Source: Ascidiella aspersa (lineage: Eukaryota). Taken from it: a DNA stretch of 64,000 nucleotides. A program made the translations under genes and the position numbers. Shown one piece after another: positions 15,200 through 28,627 of the stretch. Position 1 is the stretch's first letter. Each line of letters opens with the position of its first letter. A model generated the notes under the pieces. That model ran no database searches. It was not told the DNA's origin and saw nothing but the letters and a program-made list of their open reading frames with translations. The stretch lies in the NCBI GenBank assembly GCA_963924565.1, contig OZ004607.1:23374001-23438000 (forward strand), written 5' to 3'.

Positions 15200-15720
15200 G
15201 TTCAGAAATCCGACACGACCCGGATAAAAAGGCACAAAAATCCACCTTGCACGGGTAACGAGGCACGAGAAAATACTCCACCCAGGCCCCACGCGCCCGT
15301 CCGCCAGTAAGCTCGCCTGTCCTTGTCCGTAACTAATTGCGCTTTATCGCCAATAAAGGAAAGCGCATATCGGGGACGTCGTGCGTCTTTTATTAATCGT
15401 CTGTTTGTGTCGAACGGCTGACAAGGGAAACTGCAGCAGCCGCCGCCGCAGAGCAGCGTCACGAGCGTGCATGCCGAGGAGAAGCAAAGTACGCGCGTGG
15501 CTCCGCTGTAGTGCGAGGCTCGCGTGCGCGCCAACAGAAGTTGCTCGCGAGGCGCGAGAAAAAATGGCCGATCTTGTTTTACACTTACTTCATAGGGTAG
15601 CACGCGACGGTCGCATTAGCCAGAATTCGCGAGGTGCTCTCATCAGGGGCAGCAGATCCCTGAGAGAGACAAAAAAGGGGCAGCAGATCGATTTATTGCA
15701 CATCTCACAGAAGCGTCTTA
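15200..15720 (+). promoter_or_regulatory. CpG/GC-rich putative promoter or 5' region of Prox
   Basis: GC- and CpG-rich block 0.3-0.8 kb upstream of the first coding exon, with CCAAT near 15350. TSS cannot be determined. Confidence 0.4.
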
Positions 15721-16049
15721 GAAACAAATTTGTTTAGAAACAGTTCTAATGAAAATAAATTATCACACTTTACGGGTAATTTTAGGCATCAGGAAAATTG
15801 AATGAATTTTAGTTACGAGATGTATCATAGAGAGAGAGAAAGTAAAGTTTTTGTTTGATTTTGAGTGTTTTAATGATAAAAAAATGTCTTTAACATGAAA
15901 CGATATTAACAACCAAAAATATTGTAACCAAAATTTATGTTAAGTAAGTTCGAGTGCATTGTTTCAAGGATGTATAGTAGGACGAACAAGATACGAGTAT
16001 TAATTTTATATTCTTTGCAGAAAAGTAATTTATTTCGAATAGCTAAATA

Positions 16050-19000
16050 ATGTTGGCGTCAAGTCGTTGTCACGACAGCACCGCTTACCCGAATCATCAT
16101 TCGTCAATGGCAGCCCAGGACGACCCGACCAGCCCGGCGGTGGTGCTGATTCCCCACAGCGGAGAATCGCCCGACCGCCGCGGTGATTCGGCCCCATCAA
16201 GTCCGGCCGAAGCCAGCCCGCTTTCCCGGCGTCAGGACGCTTGGCAGGAAGACGAAGCACTCGATCTATCGCCTTGCTCGGTAAAAGACAACGACAGTCG
16301 AAAAAGCATGGACGAGTTGCAGCAGGTTGACGACGACGACGTGAGGATTTTGGACGACATGGATTCCGACTCATTGGGCGATTCGGACGCAAGCGGCGAC
16401 GGATCCCCGCGTTGTGACACTACAATGGTAGAAGCTAAACGCGCACGAGTCGAAAACATCGTCACCAACATTCGCGACAGGCCGACCAAGTGCAAGTCCA
16501 CAAACAGCTGCGACGATCCCATTGACGGTGCCATTATGGATGAAGAAATGGCGCAGGAGGCCGACGAAGACACCAGAAAGCGAAGCATCGAGGAGAAGCT
16601 GAGGAAAATGCAAGACAAGCTTCTCCAACAAGGTACGATTGCTTACTGTGTAAATTGCTAGAATAAAATGTTAATTTTAAATATTTCGAAAAACATTTGG
16701 CAAACTTTAGGCTATAGTGCTGTTTCATCGAGACAACATTATTAAGTTAAGTTACTTTATTCGAAAGGTGGAATTTCTTCGCCAAGCGAATTCATCCAGC
16801 AAGCTCTCAGCCTAATCGCTTCCGGCGAGGTCCAGCAAAATCAGCCATTGCTCGATAACAATGCTGCTTCGCTTTCCCGCTCATCGGTAGATGCGAGCTC
16901 GTGGACCCCTTCGTCCAAGCGACCGCGGCTTGACGAGCCGGTCGACTACAGGGGTGCGATCAAAGTCGCCATTCCACCTGCCTCAAGTAACTTGTTGGCA
17001 ACTCCCGACAACGCTGTGTACGGAGTGATCCTGGACACTCTCAAGCGCGAGCTGTCTTTCGTGTTCGACAAAGTCACTGAGCGTTTGGCGCGACGCGTCC
17101 TCGAGGAGCTCGAGATGCAGAGCTCCTCCTCACCCAAAGTTCAGACTCCGTCCAGCGTTAGTGACGAAGTGTTCGTGAGCGAGAAGGCGACCGGCAAGCG
17201 GGTGACGAACGACCAGCACATTGGTGGAGAAGCGGCCAAACATCACTCGCCAGCGGCCGGCACCAACCGGGGCTCCAGCTTTATCGTGGATGGTGAGAGT
17301 TAAACATTTTATTTTTATTATCGGACTTTATTTGTCAAACGCAATTGTTTGCGGTGTGACGCACTAAGGCGTTTATAAGACGTTTTTTATGGATATGTAT
17401 AGAAATGTCTGTAAAACCTCCAACTTTCGCGTGTAACTTATTGATAGCTGCCAGTTTTTGCGAGTAACGCACATCCATATGTCCTGGGTTGGCATCCACG
17501 AAATAAAAGTTACAGCGTCGCCAAGAGTTGAACACTGTCAAGCGGACAAGATTTTCCCGGAAAAGTAGCATCGGTAAACAAACCCGTGCAGCCGCTGCAC
17601 ACAAAGACAGTTAATGATCAACCGGTGCAAGGCTTTTATCTCTTAAGTCACAAGTTTGTAAAAGACTGACGCCCAGTGTCAGTTCGAACGCTTGCATATA
17701 TATCTACATAACATCGTTGGTTACATGCCACCGGCGTCCGAAAGCATAAATGTGCGCGAATGGACCTGGCTCAACCCTTGCTTACGCGTGCTATAATCTG
17801 TGACCTTAGTTCAGAGCCTGTTAACAACATATTCTGCGCTGTAATAAAGTAACACTTTTTGTTGTTAAGTTTCTTTAGCTTAAATAGTAAATTAAATTAT
17901 AGAAAGTTGGAGTTTAAAATATTTAACGGTCGAATAATTAAGATAACCGAAAGACTACTACAGATTCCCGATTGAAAAACGCGGAACAAACGAATTGGCA
18001 GAGAGCGCACAGTTAAGAAACATGTTTTATGAACTTTTGTTAATGTGGTATCGGGGCATCACACAACGAGGCGTAGACTTTCGTTTTAAAGCATCGGTCT
18101 AGGCCCTAAACTTCCTTGCTAGTCAGCGAGATTAATAGCACGCGTCCGATTGGCCGCCATATATCTCCATAATACCCTCATGCTGCTTGGAAAAGTTTGT
18201 CAGGTTGATGAAAGTGAATTATGATCCACAAATTTAGTTGTTTATGCTTGTTGGGAAAGCGTAACAGTTTTCGTAAAAACACTTCTTGAAACTTAAAACA
18301 CTGTAAAACTGCTTTTGTATTAAATGTTTGGTATTAATATCCAAATTTCAATTAGTATGGCCCGTCTTATACATGTTTGCAACATATTATACCTATATTT
18401 GTGATAACAACCATAAGGATATAGAGTTTCGTTTCTGGCGAGAAAATATTTTATAAACCGTATTCCCACTAAAATACGACGCCACCAACATGGCATAATG
18501 TTCGCTCTGTGCAGTTTGACACCTTATCTCTTTCGGAGGTTCCTGTCATTAATCTGGCCTCAAAGTCGCCTGACCTTGCTAAGGGTATGGTTGGGTGTGT
18601 GTGTCAGGCAGAACACAGCTTTCCCTGGGTGAGGTTGGCGCGCTTAGTGGATCAGGCGAATCAATCAATTTACATCGCTGTTATTTGACGGACATCGCTT
18701 GCTTTGTGTTTTCAGCGAACCGCGTCGACCATTTGCGCACTTCCAGCCAGTCGCAGCTCTGCTTCGGCGACGTCGAGGTAAGACGCTACGGCTCGGCGGT
18801 CCGCGACGCACATGCGGCCGGCCAACGGGCTCACATGATAGTCGATCCTTCGCGGCGCCCAACCGAAGAAATGCAAAACACAGCTGAGACGCTGGTGAAG
18901 ACGGAGAAGTCTAAAGAACAGCAGTCTAACGCACGGTAAGATTTCTTGAGTTGTTAAACTAATAATTTTAGTTTTAATACACATTTAAACAAATAGATAT

Positions 19001-22000
19001 GAAACAGACAGCCTCTGCAATGTCTTTTGCTTTGATTTTAACACACACCCTAATATAATTATAGGGTCCAAACTTTGATCTGTAACGCTGAGGAAGATGA
19101 GCAGACGCACCCGCTCTCTCTCGTCACCAGAAAGAATCTTCCCGTCGAAAACGGGAGAAAAGAAGTCCAGACGCCACTTGCTTCCATGAAGGCGTTCGTT
19201 CACCTCGACGCCCGCAAAAGGGGCAACATCGAGGAAGATGCTCGCTCCCGAATGCGCAATGCATCGTCGGGATCTTTAAGAGGCGAGAAGCGCGACCAAA
19301 GCTCATTCCACAGGAATGAGTCGCGATGCAATACAGACTTACGCGCCCCCAAACACACCTTGGAAAAATCATCCTATTCTCCTAGCCCCCGCAAATGCAG
19401 CGTGTTTTCCTCCTTCTTTCCTGGCCGAACACCTTCTCTCCTTCCAATGCATGATTCCCCCTTTCAGAGTCCATCTGGCTGGAACTTCCCGTCCGCTAAC
19501 GGTGCTTTCCGGCACCCCGCAAGACAGCAGAACGGAGGATCTCCTGGCCACCAATACTCTTCCATGCATTTGGATGCTCAGCACAAGCTCATCTCAAGCC
19601 TCAGCTCTTCGTCAGAGTCAAACCACCTCAAGAATCCCGTCCTCTCTTCTCCTTATTTTCCCAGCAAATCCCACCTCCCCAGTCCGCTCTACTCACCATT
19701 ACAATCTTCCCCATTATCCTCCTATCCATTTCCTACCAGCCAGATTCCCTTTCCACTCATTCCCGCCTTCAACCACGGAGCGTTGGCTAGTGCCCTGGCG
19801 TCGCGTGACTACGGAAGACTACGTGAGGGTTTGGACCCAACAGGAATGCGGCAACTCTCCACCAGAACAAGCACTCGGGAAAATTCCAAATCTAGAGGTA
19901 ACTTTTCAAGTTTAACGATATAAGAGAAATTCCAGTGCACTACGTCTGTTTTTCATTCATTTATTATAGTACATTTATTTCCAGTGTCCGCGATGGGAAA
20001 CCACCACATGGATGTAAAGTGCGATTCGAGCGAGTACGGTTCCAACTCAACCGATGTGAGCCCTTATTCGACGGCATCGATATCCTTTCTATTTAAAAAA
20101 TAAGATTATTATATCATATATTCACGTTTACTTTTAGTTACTTATAAACCGCTCTTCTACAACCCGCCAGATCCTGACTAAAATTGGATGCTGATACTAC
20201 CACAATCGGTCAAAATACATGTCCTTACAGGGTGAATTTACAAATTTGTTTGCTACGTTTTGTAAATTTAAATGATGTCGCTTCACGGAAAAGTGTGTTT
20301 CGTTAGGCAGTTTGTGCGTTCGTCCTACGATTGACCACGCAGACACAAGCACAAAAACATGTTTATGGTCTACGGGACCGACATAGATTGTCTTGTAACA
20401 AAGTGCGCGGCATCGGAACTTGTGTTGTCAAAAGTTGTGTTCTTGCTGACACGCTTAAACTATAGAGCTACGCCTTGTCGTCACAACTTTTCAGATTGTT
20501 ATAGATTTATTTCGTGTTCGAGCGCGCATTAGATCTTCTCTTTGTCGGAAATGCGTATGAATTAACATTGCTTGGCAGCAAACACGCGCCCGCGTGCACA
20601 TACAAATCACTTTTGACTGCGACGTATTTTCGAGCTTCTGTATCGGGGATGATTTGCACTTATTCGTGTATGACTAATTTGGCCTTTATTTGGCTCTCTT
20701 TAGAGCGATTGCTTTCATTAAATTGCGGTTTAATCCGCCTGTTAGATCAGTCGTCACCTTACTGCTGCGCTACGATCTATTGTCGGAAAGATTAGTCACG
20801 CCTTACCCGTTATTTACACGGCAGCAACAACTCAACGCTATTGCCACTAAGTATAAATGCAGATTTGTTTTAGGCAATTAATTTCTCGTGACGGCGCCAC
20901 CGAAAACTCGATTACGACGCAGACCTTCCGATTCGTCTCATTGTGCCCTAACAATTGCGCGGAAACGGCGTCACAGCGATTTGTTTATTCTGCCCTTTCC
21001 GCTTGCCTTATACGCTGTAAAGGGGATTTGTTGCTTTGATTGCGCGTCGTCGTTACTGCATATTCTTTATCTTTTGCAACGTCACAATCTCTATGGTCTG
21101 TGACGAATCAAAGGTGCGAAATTTAAATTAGTGGGAATTGAAAGGCAGTTTGTCCATTGATTTGTTGTCGTTATTGTTAGGCGACTAACTAATCTATTGT
21201 TTTAGGGATTAGGATGAGTAATTATATGCATAAGCGATGAAGTCGCAATATGGCATAAAATATCGCGTTACTGCAAAGCTCGAGCCTTGGCGTTTTCGGA
21301 ACATAAGCAATCCTTCTAAAATCTGTAATGGCGGGAATTTTTAATTTCAACATATGTTCGATTTGTTCTCGAACGGTAGCGGCGACAGGAAGTCGACTAT
21401 TGTGTGAAATTATGAACCTGCAATTCCTAAGAGTTTTTTAATCTCATTTATTTACCTCTGACGACCCATTTTCAAGTCGTAGGTTTCATTTAACGATTTT
21501 CTATTGCTGATAACCCACATAAAATATAATCAACCAATATAGCTTATGACACTATAGCAAGAGCCGGAGTAAAACTGATCAAAAATAGACAAGGGTTGAA
21601 CGGTGACTTTCTACGAAAATCCACCCCTTCTCTCGCTTGGTCGACAAAAGCCTCTCGATTTTTCAACGAACGCACCATACGGCAGTTAAGCAACGCAATT
21701 CCGTAGCCTAAAAAGCTGTAGCATACTGTTAATTGTCCAAGGCGTGCTTCCTTCGGCCTAAAGAGAAACCCAACCAATCGCAAGTCTTGTTTTGCGAGCT
21801 TTACTGCATGAATGCCTTATATAGGTCTCAAATAACAAATTCATCCACGCAGTCTAACGCTATCTCTAATTACTTGTCCACGTTACGAATATAGAAAGCG
21901 GTAAAATAAGATCGTCGTTGCGATGAAGACTCCCATTACTTCCTGTCGATTTTATCGGTGGTGCCACGCTAAATTTTCTCATTTCCTAATTGTTATGGAA

Positions 22001-25000
22001 CAGCAAAACAACAGACCCGAACACTCCAATAAAACCGCCCTATATTTTGTCAAGAGATGTTCTTTATTTGTTGTCAATTGTACACAATTTTCGCCTTAAC
22101 TCATCACTCACATCCAAGAGGGCCTTACTCCGCAACACTTGAAGAAAGCAAAGTTAATGTTCTTCTACACTCGCTATCCAAGCGCAAACACCCTTAAAAC
22201 CTACTTCAGCGACGTCAAGGTGCATATGCGAATATTATTTAATTTTGATTTGTGTACATATTGTAAATATTTGGTTTTCTGTAATACGAACAAGTGTAAC
22301 GCTATTAAACTGGTTTATCTAATAACAACGGTGATATTTTTCTAGTTTACCCGGGCAACGACCTCGCAGCTGATCAAGTGGTTCAGCAACTTCCGCGAGT
22401 TCTATTACATCCAAGTGGAGAAGTTTGCACGTCAGGCGCTCACGGATGGAATCACTGACGCAAATCAGCTTCAGGTGGCACGTGACAGCGAGGTCTTCCG
22501 TGTGCTCAATCTTCATTACAATAAGAGCAACGATTTTAGGGTGAGTTTTGACTTCATAAAATAAATAAATTATTTTCCTTTCGTCACTAATGCTTTTTAT
22601 GGAATACACTCAGCAAGCCTAACTTGGTCGTCAACCTAACGTTAACGTATAGCACGAAACAAAACAGTTACATTTTGGAAGACCACTTACAACTTTCACT
22701 CTGTACGACAATATATTGCGCCGCGACATTTAATGTCCCTTGTTTGGCTGATTTATTGAAGTTTGTTGAGCATTAGCTTTGTTCAAGTCATAACGGAAGG
22801 CTTACCTTCAGCGAACGTGTCTCAAAAGAGAAACTTAAATGCAACAATAAAACTTTATAAATAGCTTATACCACTTGTGGTGCAACAAGCGTTAGAATGC
22901 TTCGTGCGTCGCAAACGACGCCATTTTGTGTTTTTTCATCCGAATGACGTTTTCTTCGTGGCAACAAGTAACATAAAATTCTAGCTATCTTTTGACAAAT
23001 TAAAAACGCAAAGAACTGTAGAAGACTTCAATAAGTTCTATAACACTACTTCCAACGTTCAGTTGTGAGTTTACCTATGCCAAATCGTTTGTTAATCCAA
23101 AGAAATTTATTTTAAACTAAATTATTTTCACCCAAGCTATTTTAGAGAGGCAAATCGTTATTATTAAATCGACCAGTTGACTTTTTAGGTTGTGTAATAA
23201 CTCACTTAAACACAAAAAGGAAGCTTTATTTTTTTTACTTGTTAGAGGAAATTAATCGCAATTCAGCGAAATAAAACATGCACGGAGAAACTTGCTGGTG
23301 ATAAAATCATTCCTCACTAAAACTTGGAAACTAGTATAGCATAGTATCTGCTTATTGTCATCCTGGTAAAAGGAAGAGTAACTTTACGCAGTAAAAAATG
23401 TTTATGGTATTTCGCCCCCCATCGATTTATGGGGTGAGACGCGGATTTCCCGTAGCAAGAGCGCTCGCGTTTTGGGCCGTGATCAATTGACAACTTTCGC
23501 ACGAATTTTGCCCTTTCTCCATCTGACTTGCGAGAGCTTAGCGCAAGTTCGCTCGGAGAGGAAAAGACCCGGACTTCTGCGCAATCGCTCATGAGAAACC
23601 CTGATACTCGCGCCGCGATGGCGGATGGCGCTTCTACGGCGAAAACATCCAGCAAAGTGCAACGCCTGTCTCTGGCTGCGATTGCCTCAAATCGCATTTG
23701 CTGTAGTTGGATGATCGACTCTTCTTTGAAAACAATTATTCGCATTTGAAAGTTGCCCACATTCTGCCTAGGATCGTGGCGCCGTGACGTCAACTGGCCG
23801 TTGCTTGAATTCGAGCGAAGAAGGTCGACGGTGACGTAACACACTGCAGTTGTTGACGTCGCCAGAAACGTGATTAGCGCTACAACTAAAGGCAGTTTGG
23901 GGCGGCGTTAGTAATGTTCTATTCTGTTTGGCTTTAAAAAAAAAACTCTTATGAAACTTCAAGCCACAATAGCAAATGACCAATGTGCTTGGCAGGATGT
24001 GCCGTGTTACACATTTAGCCTTCCGCCCATTGTCGAAGAATTGGCCAACGCAATCGCGTATTTTGCGATTACCGTTTTTGGAACTGCGATAGTTAAACAG
24101 TGATTTCTACGTAAAATCTCTCTCGATGGTCTGAAACTCAAACTAAATATACTCAAAAAATAGTTTAAATTCAATTTTGACTGTTATTAACAGTATTGCC
24201 TCATTATGAAAAAGTGTCTTTTGAACAAAGCAGCGATCGTGCCAAGGGTCTGTTTGATATCTGTAAGGTAGCACTCATGTATGCTACCGACTATACGAAG
24301 AGCGTTGACGCTCCTGCACTTCAAAACTGCTTGAAACCTTTTGTATCGATCGAAAGAAGCAAGTTTGTTGCGAACTCTCGACCACCGACCAGCAGCGGGA
24401 TCGTGTAGGAACAATACTTGGTGACATCTTGCACCCGTCTCACAAGCACCACTTCGAGGGTCATAGAAATCATAATTGTCCGGGAAGAGCTTGTTTGTTG
24501 ATATGATTTCCATGACCTGCAACATCTGGTCTCTCCACTTCTAGCTCCCACAACTTGTTCTTCAATGAGCCGAGGATTGTCCATTGGTTTGACTTTATTG
24601 TTCTCGGGCCGATCAATAAGTCGCGCGCGCGATGCTTCGGTCGATAAAGGGCGTCGTTCTACAACTTATTGTCTCTTGAGAATATGTCGAAATGTTTTAT
24701 TTGCTGGCATCGCATCCGGTTCCCCGAGTGGTTGGCACTTGAAACTCCGTTGCGGATCCGCTTCGAAATATTTTTGTTCGTTAAGGTTAAATTTTCGCGA
24801 CAAGATTAAAAGCAAAACGAGGGGCGACTCGCTATTATATTGTGTCGCAATAAGGATCTTAGGGTAATGTAAATTTCGCCGCCATTTAACATCCTCTGGG
24901 AAATCAAACTGCAGGCCCAAATTCTCTTGGCCTCTGTAGCGATCCCATTGACCATGAAAAATGCTTTATAATTCAATACACATTACATATTAAATTACCT

Positions 25001-27365
25001 GCCGATTATTACCGAAAGTTAAAAATCTAAAAAGTTTTGTTTATGTATCACAAAAAACTTTTTTTTGGCATTTTCTTTTAAACAATTAATTGTTTTAATT
25101 TCCAGCTTATTAATGACGTTCTATAAGTTGGACGTAACCTTCGCACGAAATTTAGTTTGCTTGTCGCTTGTTTTTTTTTTTTCAAACCAAAAACTGACCC
25201 ATTATCGCCCTATCGCCAACACTTGGATCAACAACACGGTCGATGGCGACCAGTTTCATGTAATTGATGATTAGCCATTTCCCTTGCTCAGGCGCCGCGT
25301 TAAGTGCAAACATTAAAAGTGGCGCACCGATAGCGAACTCAACTTGAACATTCTTTCAAGTCACCGTGCTCTCAGTTTAAGTGACCAGGATTTCCGTCGA
25401 TTATTGCGAGCCAGTGCAGAGACATGAGAGGCTGTATTAGGTTACGGCAAAGCTTTCGAACTTTCTCAAGAAACAGGATTTTTGTTTTTATTCACAATTC
25501 ACGTTTCGCGTTAAACATACAAATCACAAAATGATCTAAAATAAACTGTACAACGGCCGATATTGATACACGTGAAAATTTTTAAAAGAAACAAAGTTTC
25601 GCGAAACCAACCAAGAAAATATTGCCAGATTAAAGCCAGATCAAAGTTGGGGCGTTTTTTGCGTTTCGTATCACGGCAATATCACCAGTACGTTTGGGTC
25701 GCGTCAAGTCGCATTCGTGTGTGATATCGCGTGCGGCCAGTGCAGTGATTGACGACACGCTGCATGGGCTGGCGCAAGCTCGGGTTTCTTCGGCCGTCGA
25801 TTTCGACAGAAAAGCGGTGGAAGCGAGGCCAAGGCGCGGAAGTCGGAAGAAGCGGAGACGTCGATGGTGATGACTACGACGTCCAAGCTGGGTTGTCGAC
25901 CGTCAATCGGACCTGCACTGGAGGATTGTATCTTCCTTCTTGCGCCTGTAAGCCACTACGTTGTGGATGACTGCCAGCCTATACTGCGAAGTTGTCTCTT
26001 GGAGCCTTATTGGTTGTCTGTTTGATAAATGTGAATGTTGGCTTGAGAAGACTGTCAAAAAACTCAATTTTGATTATTCCTCTTTGCTTTTATTGCAATA
26101 ATTTTATTTACTTTTCGCCTAGATTTTAAGTCACATTTCCGGGTATTTTATCAAGGTGGTAGAAAATTTCAGTGAGCAGCCTCGGTTGAGGTCAGGCGCT
26201 TGTCATCGCATCGCTAATGCATTAGTAGCAATGTGTATGCGCATTATACACGGTGTGTGTATTAGATTGCAATCGATGGTAGCATAAGACGGCGGCGGCT
26301 CTTTGACGGTTATTTGTCGTGCGGAATATTTTCTCCGGCGCCCGCCACTCCGGTTTTCAGTCGCGCTCGACGCTTTTAAACTTTGTGCGCGAAGACGCGT
26401 TTTTGGCGCAAATCCTCGGCGCCCGACCTCTCTTGTCACGTCATAATGCGACAGCTGGTGACACTTGAGGTCCCTGAAGACCCCGGTTATTCGCGAAAAA
26501 AACATTTTTGATCCCCCCCGACCGGGCGCGTCCACATTCAGCGCGAATCGATTCCGAACATGGGCATTGTTCACCGCCTTTTCGCCCGAAAATGAACGCG
26601 CAGCAACGAAATGGCGAATACCGCAATTTGGCACTACAAGCCGTCGATGAGCCGGGCGGCATATAAGCGAACGATTTAATCGGGCACAAAATGTGATTTT
26701 CCTGCTACAACGTTGCTTCGTTGAACGCGCGCACCAGCAGTGTTCCCACTTCCCCCTATCTCGCTCGCGATCGATTCGCTTAAACCCTGCCCCGGTATAT
26801 TGCAACTAAGGCTGGCCGCCTGTCACTTGTTAACACCTATGCACTACAGGTGCGATAAAAATATTTTGAAAGAAGCCACCCTTGCCACTTAGCCGACCCA
26901 GTAACTGATATGTGGCTTATGTGGTAATGCTGATATTACTCCCTAATTAAGTATGTAATATATATTATGAACCTTTTTGTTCCTGATGTGTTAGCGCTAT
27001 TGAACATACACGCCAAAGCTTTTAGGCTAAATATTACTTGGTAAGTTTTATTAAAGGCCCATTCATTGGAATGCAATCGACTGGTTTAAATACATACGTT
27101 TACTGAAGCCATTTACAAACTGATCAACCAATTGATACCAGTGTTTGAATTTCATTAAACGCACATTTTAAATATGCAGGTTCCTGATAGGTTCATAGAC
27201 GTTACTCATACAAGTCTGCAAGAGTTTTTCGTCGCAATTCAATCTTCCAAGGATCACGATCCTGCTTGGAAAAAAGTAATTTACAAGGTCATCTGCAAAC
27301 TTGACCAAGACATTCCAGAAATATTCAAGTCACCCAACGTTTTGGAACACCTCAATGAAGTTTAA
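16050..27365 (+). CDS. Prox: Prospero-related homeobox transcription factor (8 coding exons, ~914 aa)
   Basis: Exons 16050-16632, 16768-17292, 18716-18935, 19065-19897, 19985-20079, 22112-22219, 22346-22540, 27180-27365. Phases are consistent (2745 nt). Conserved motifs: [25 protein letters not shown]|[55 protein letters not shown]...FKSPN. Confidence 0.96.
20080..22111 (+). other. U12-type (minor spliceosome) AT-AC intron of Prox
   Basis: 5'SS ATATCCTTT at 20080, branch site CCTTAAC at 22094-22100, terminal AC at 22110-22111. Splicing restores ...SPYSTAS|IQEGL..., matching vertebrate PROX1 SPYSGSA|MQEGL. Confidence 0.93.
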
Positions 27366-28562
27366 GTTTTTAAATTTTAGTTACCCGTTTTATCATGATC
27401 TAATTTCATGTAGATCAATTGCACTAACATTGGATCATTACTTTTTCGACTTTATACATAATAATAACCCTGAAAGCAATTCACTGCCGTCGTTTGTCAA
27501 TGTTTACTTTTTCAGAGTTTTTGTTTAAATTCAACTGATGCGCATTCCATGCAAATAAATACGCTAAATTGATTTTAAAATGTATTGTACATTGGCATTG
27601 TTGTTTCTACATTTCTTGCGTTGATTCGACCATGTTGTGATTGTGTGTAAAAAAACTTGTAAATACTAGTTGGTTTTAGGTGTTTAGTGAGACGCTCGTT
27701 GCATGAGGTGTCCTTAAAAATTATATCTTCAAAGATCAGAAAAGGCTGTGATCCGAATAAATGTATCTATACTGTGCTATGAAAAAAACTAACAACTAAC
27801 GTTTATTTTCCGTGACATTTATTTATATTTTTGAGGTGGTTTTTCGAAAATATTGACCGATTGCCTTTTCTACTTTGTTATAGATTGTAGTTGTATGATC
27901 ACATCGGAATACGTTTAGCAGTGTCACCATTACTAATCTTAAATTTTCAATAGTATGAAATTAGGCATCGCATAAATGTACATAGGTATGATTAGCACCG
28001 TTACATTACACCAGCTAATGCCATTGTGTTTGTTTGCTGCTGGCTGCTACCACCATGTTTGGACGACAATCAACGTTTTTACGTTGTTTCAACTGTGCGT
28101 CACGTGCAATCTGATGATTTGTTAGAAGGGCACAAAAATGCTAATTTGTTTATCGTTTTACCAATCGTCTTGTAGTTTTAATAACTGTATTTCTGCCTTT
28201 CGTAATTGTGCATCATTTTACGACGCGACTGCTAAGGGTTGTACCATGTGCAATATTCAAATTGTAGATGTGTATGTGCGTGTAGACAACAATAAACGAT
28301 TTTCGTGAAATGTTTTTATGTTTATCCTAACTTCATGGCATGGAATAAGAATAGTGGAAATTCCATTAAACATTTTAAGGGCGTAACCTAAAATTGTTTG
28401 GCAAACGTGTCTTATACGGTTTTCAATTTTTTTACGATTCAAGTTTACCAAAAATAATCTTTAAATTCAAGTTCGTTTCATTTTAACGCAGGCTAAATTA
28501 TGGAATCATATGCATTTATTTTAGCTTTCAGCTTGTTAAACTTTATTTAAGATAAAAGACAT

Positions 28563-28627
28563 AAACTTACAAAAGTGCTAATTCTATTTAGCACTTTTGT
28601 AAGTTTTACAAAGTGCTAATTCTATTA
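28563..28627. repeat. Perfect 19-bp inverted repeat (6-nt loop) plus a third partial direct copy
   Basis: AAACTTACAAAAGTGCTAA (28563-28581) and TTAGCACTTTTGTAAGTTT (28588-28606), followed by TACAAAGTGCTAATTCTATT. Confidence 0.85.

Noticed and set aside
19316-19915. 199-aa alternative-frame ORF overlapping Prox exon 4
   Set aside because: A by-product of Ser/Pro-rich codon usage. Splice phases support only the 19075 frame.
20080-20200. Drosophila-style twintron (nested U2 intron extending the exon in frame)
   Set aside because: In-frame TAA at 20101-20103, with no GT donor before it.
24187-24960. Overlapping antisense ORFs in the last Prox intron (~200 codons with one stop) as a nested gene
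   Set aside because: No recognisable motif, no ATG or splice structure linking them, and long frames are expected in GC-richer intronic DNA.
26203-26805. 200-aa minus-strand ORF
   Set aside because: Non-ATG start, Arg-rich composition typical of CpG-rich non-coding DNA, and no motif.
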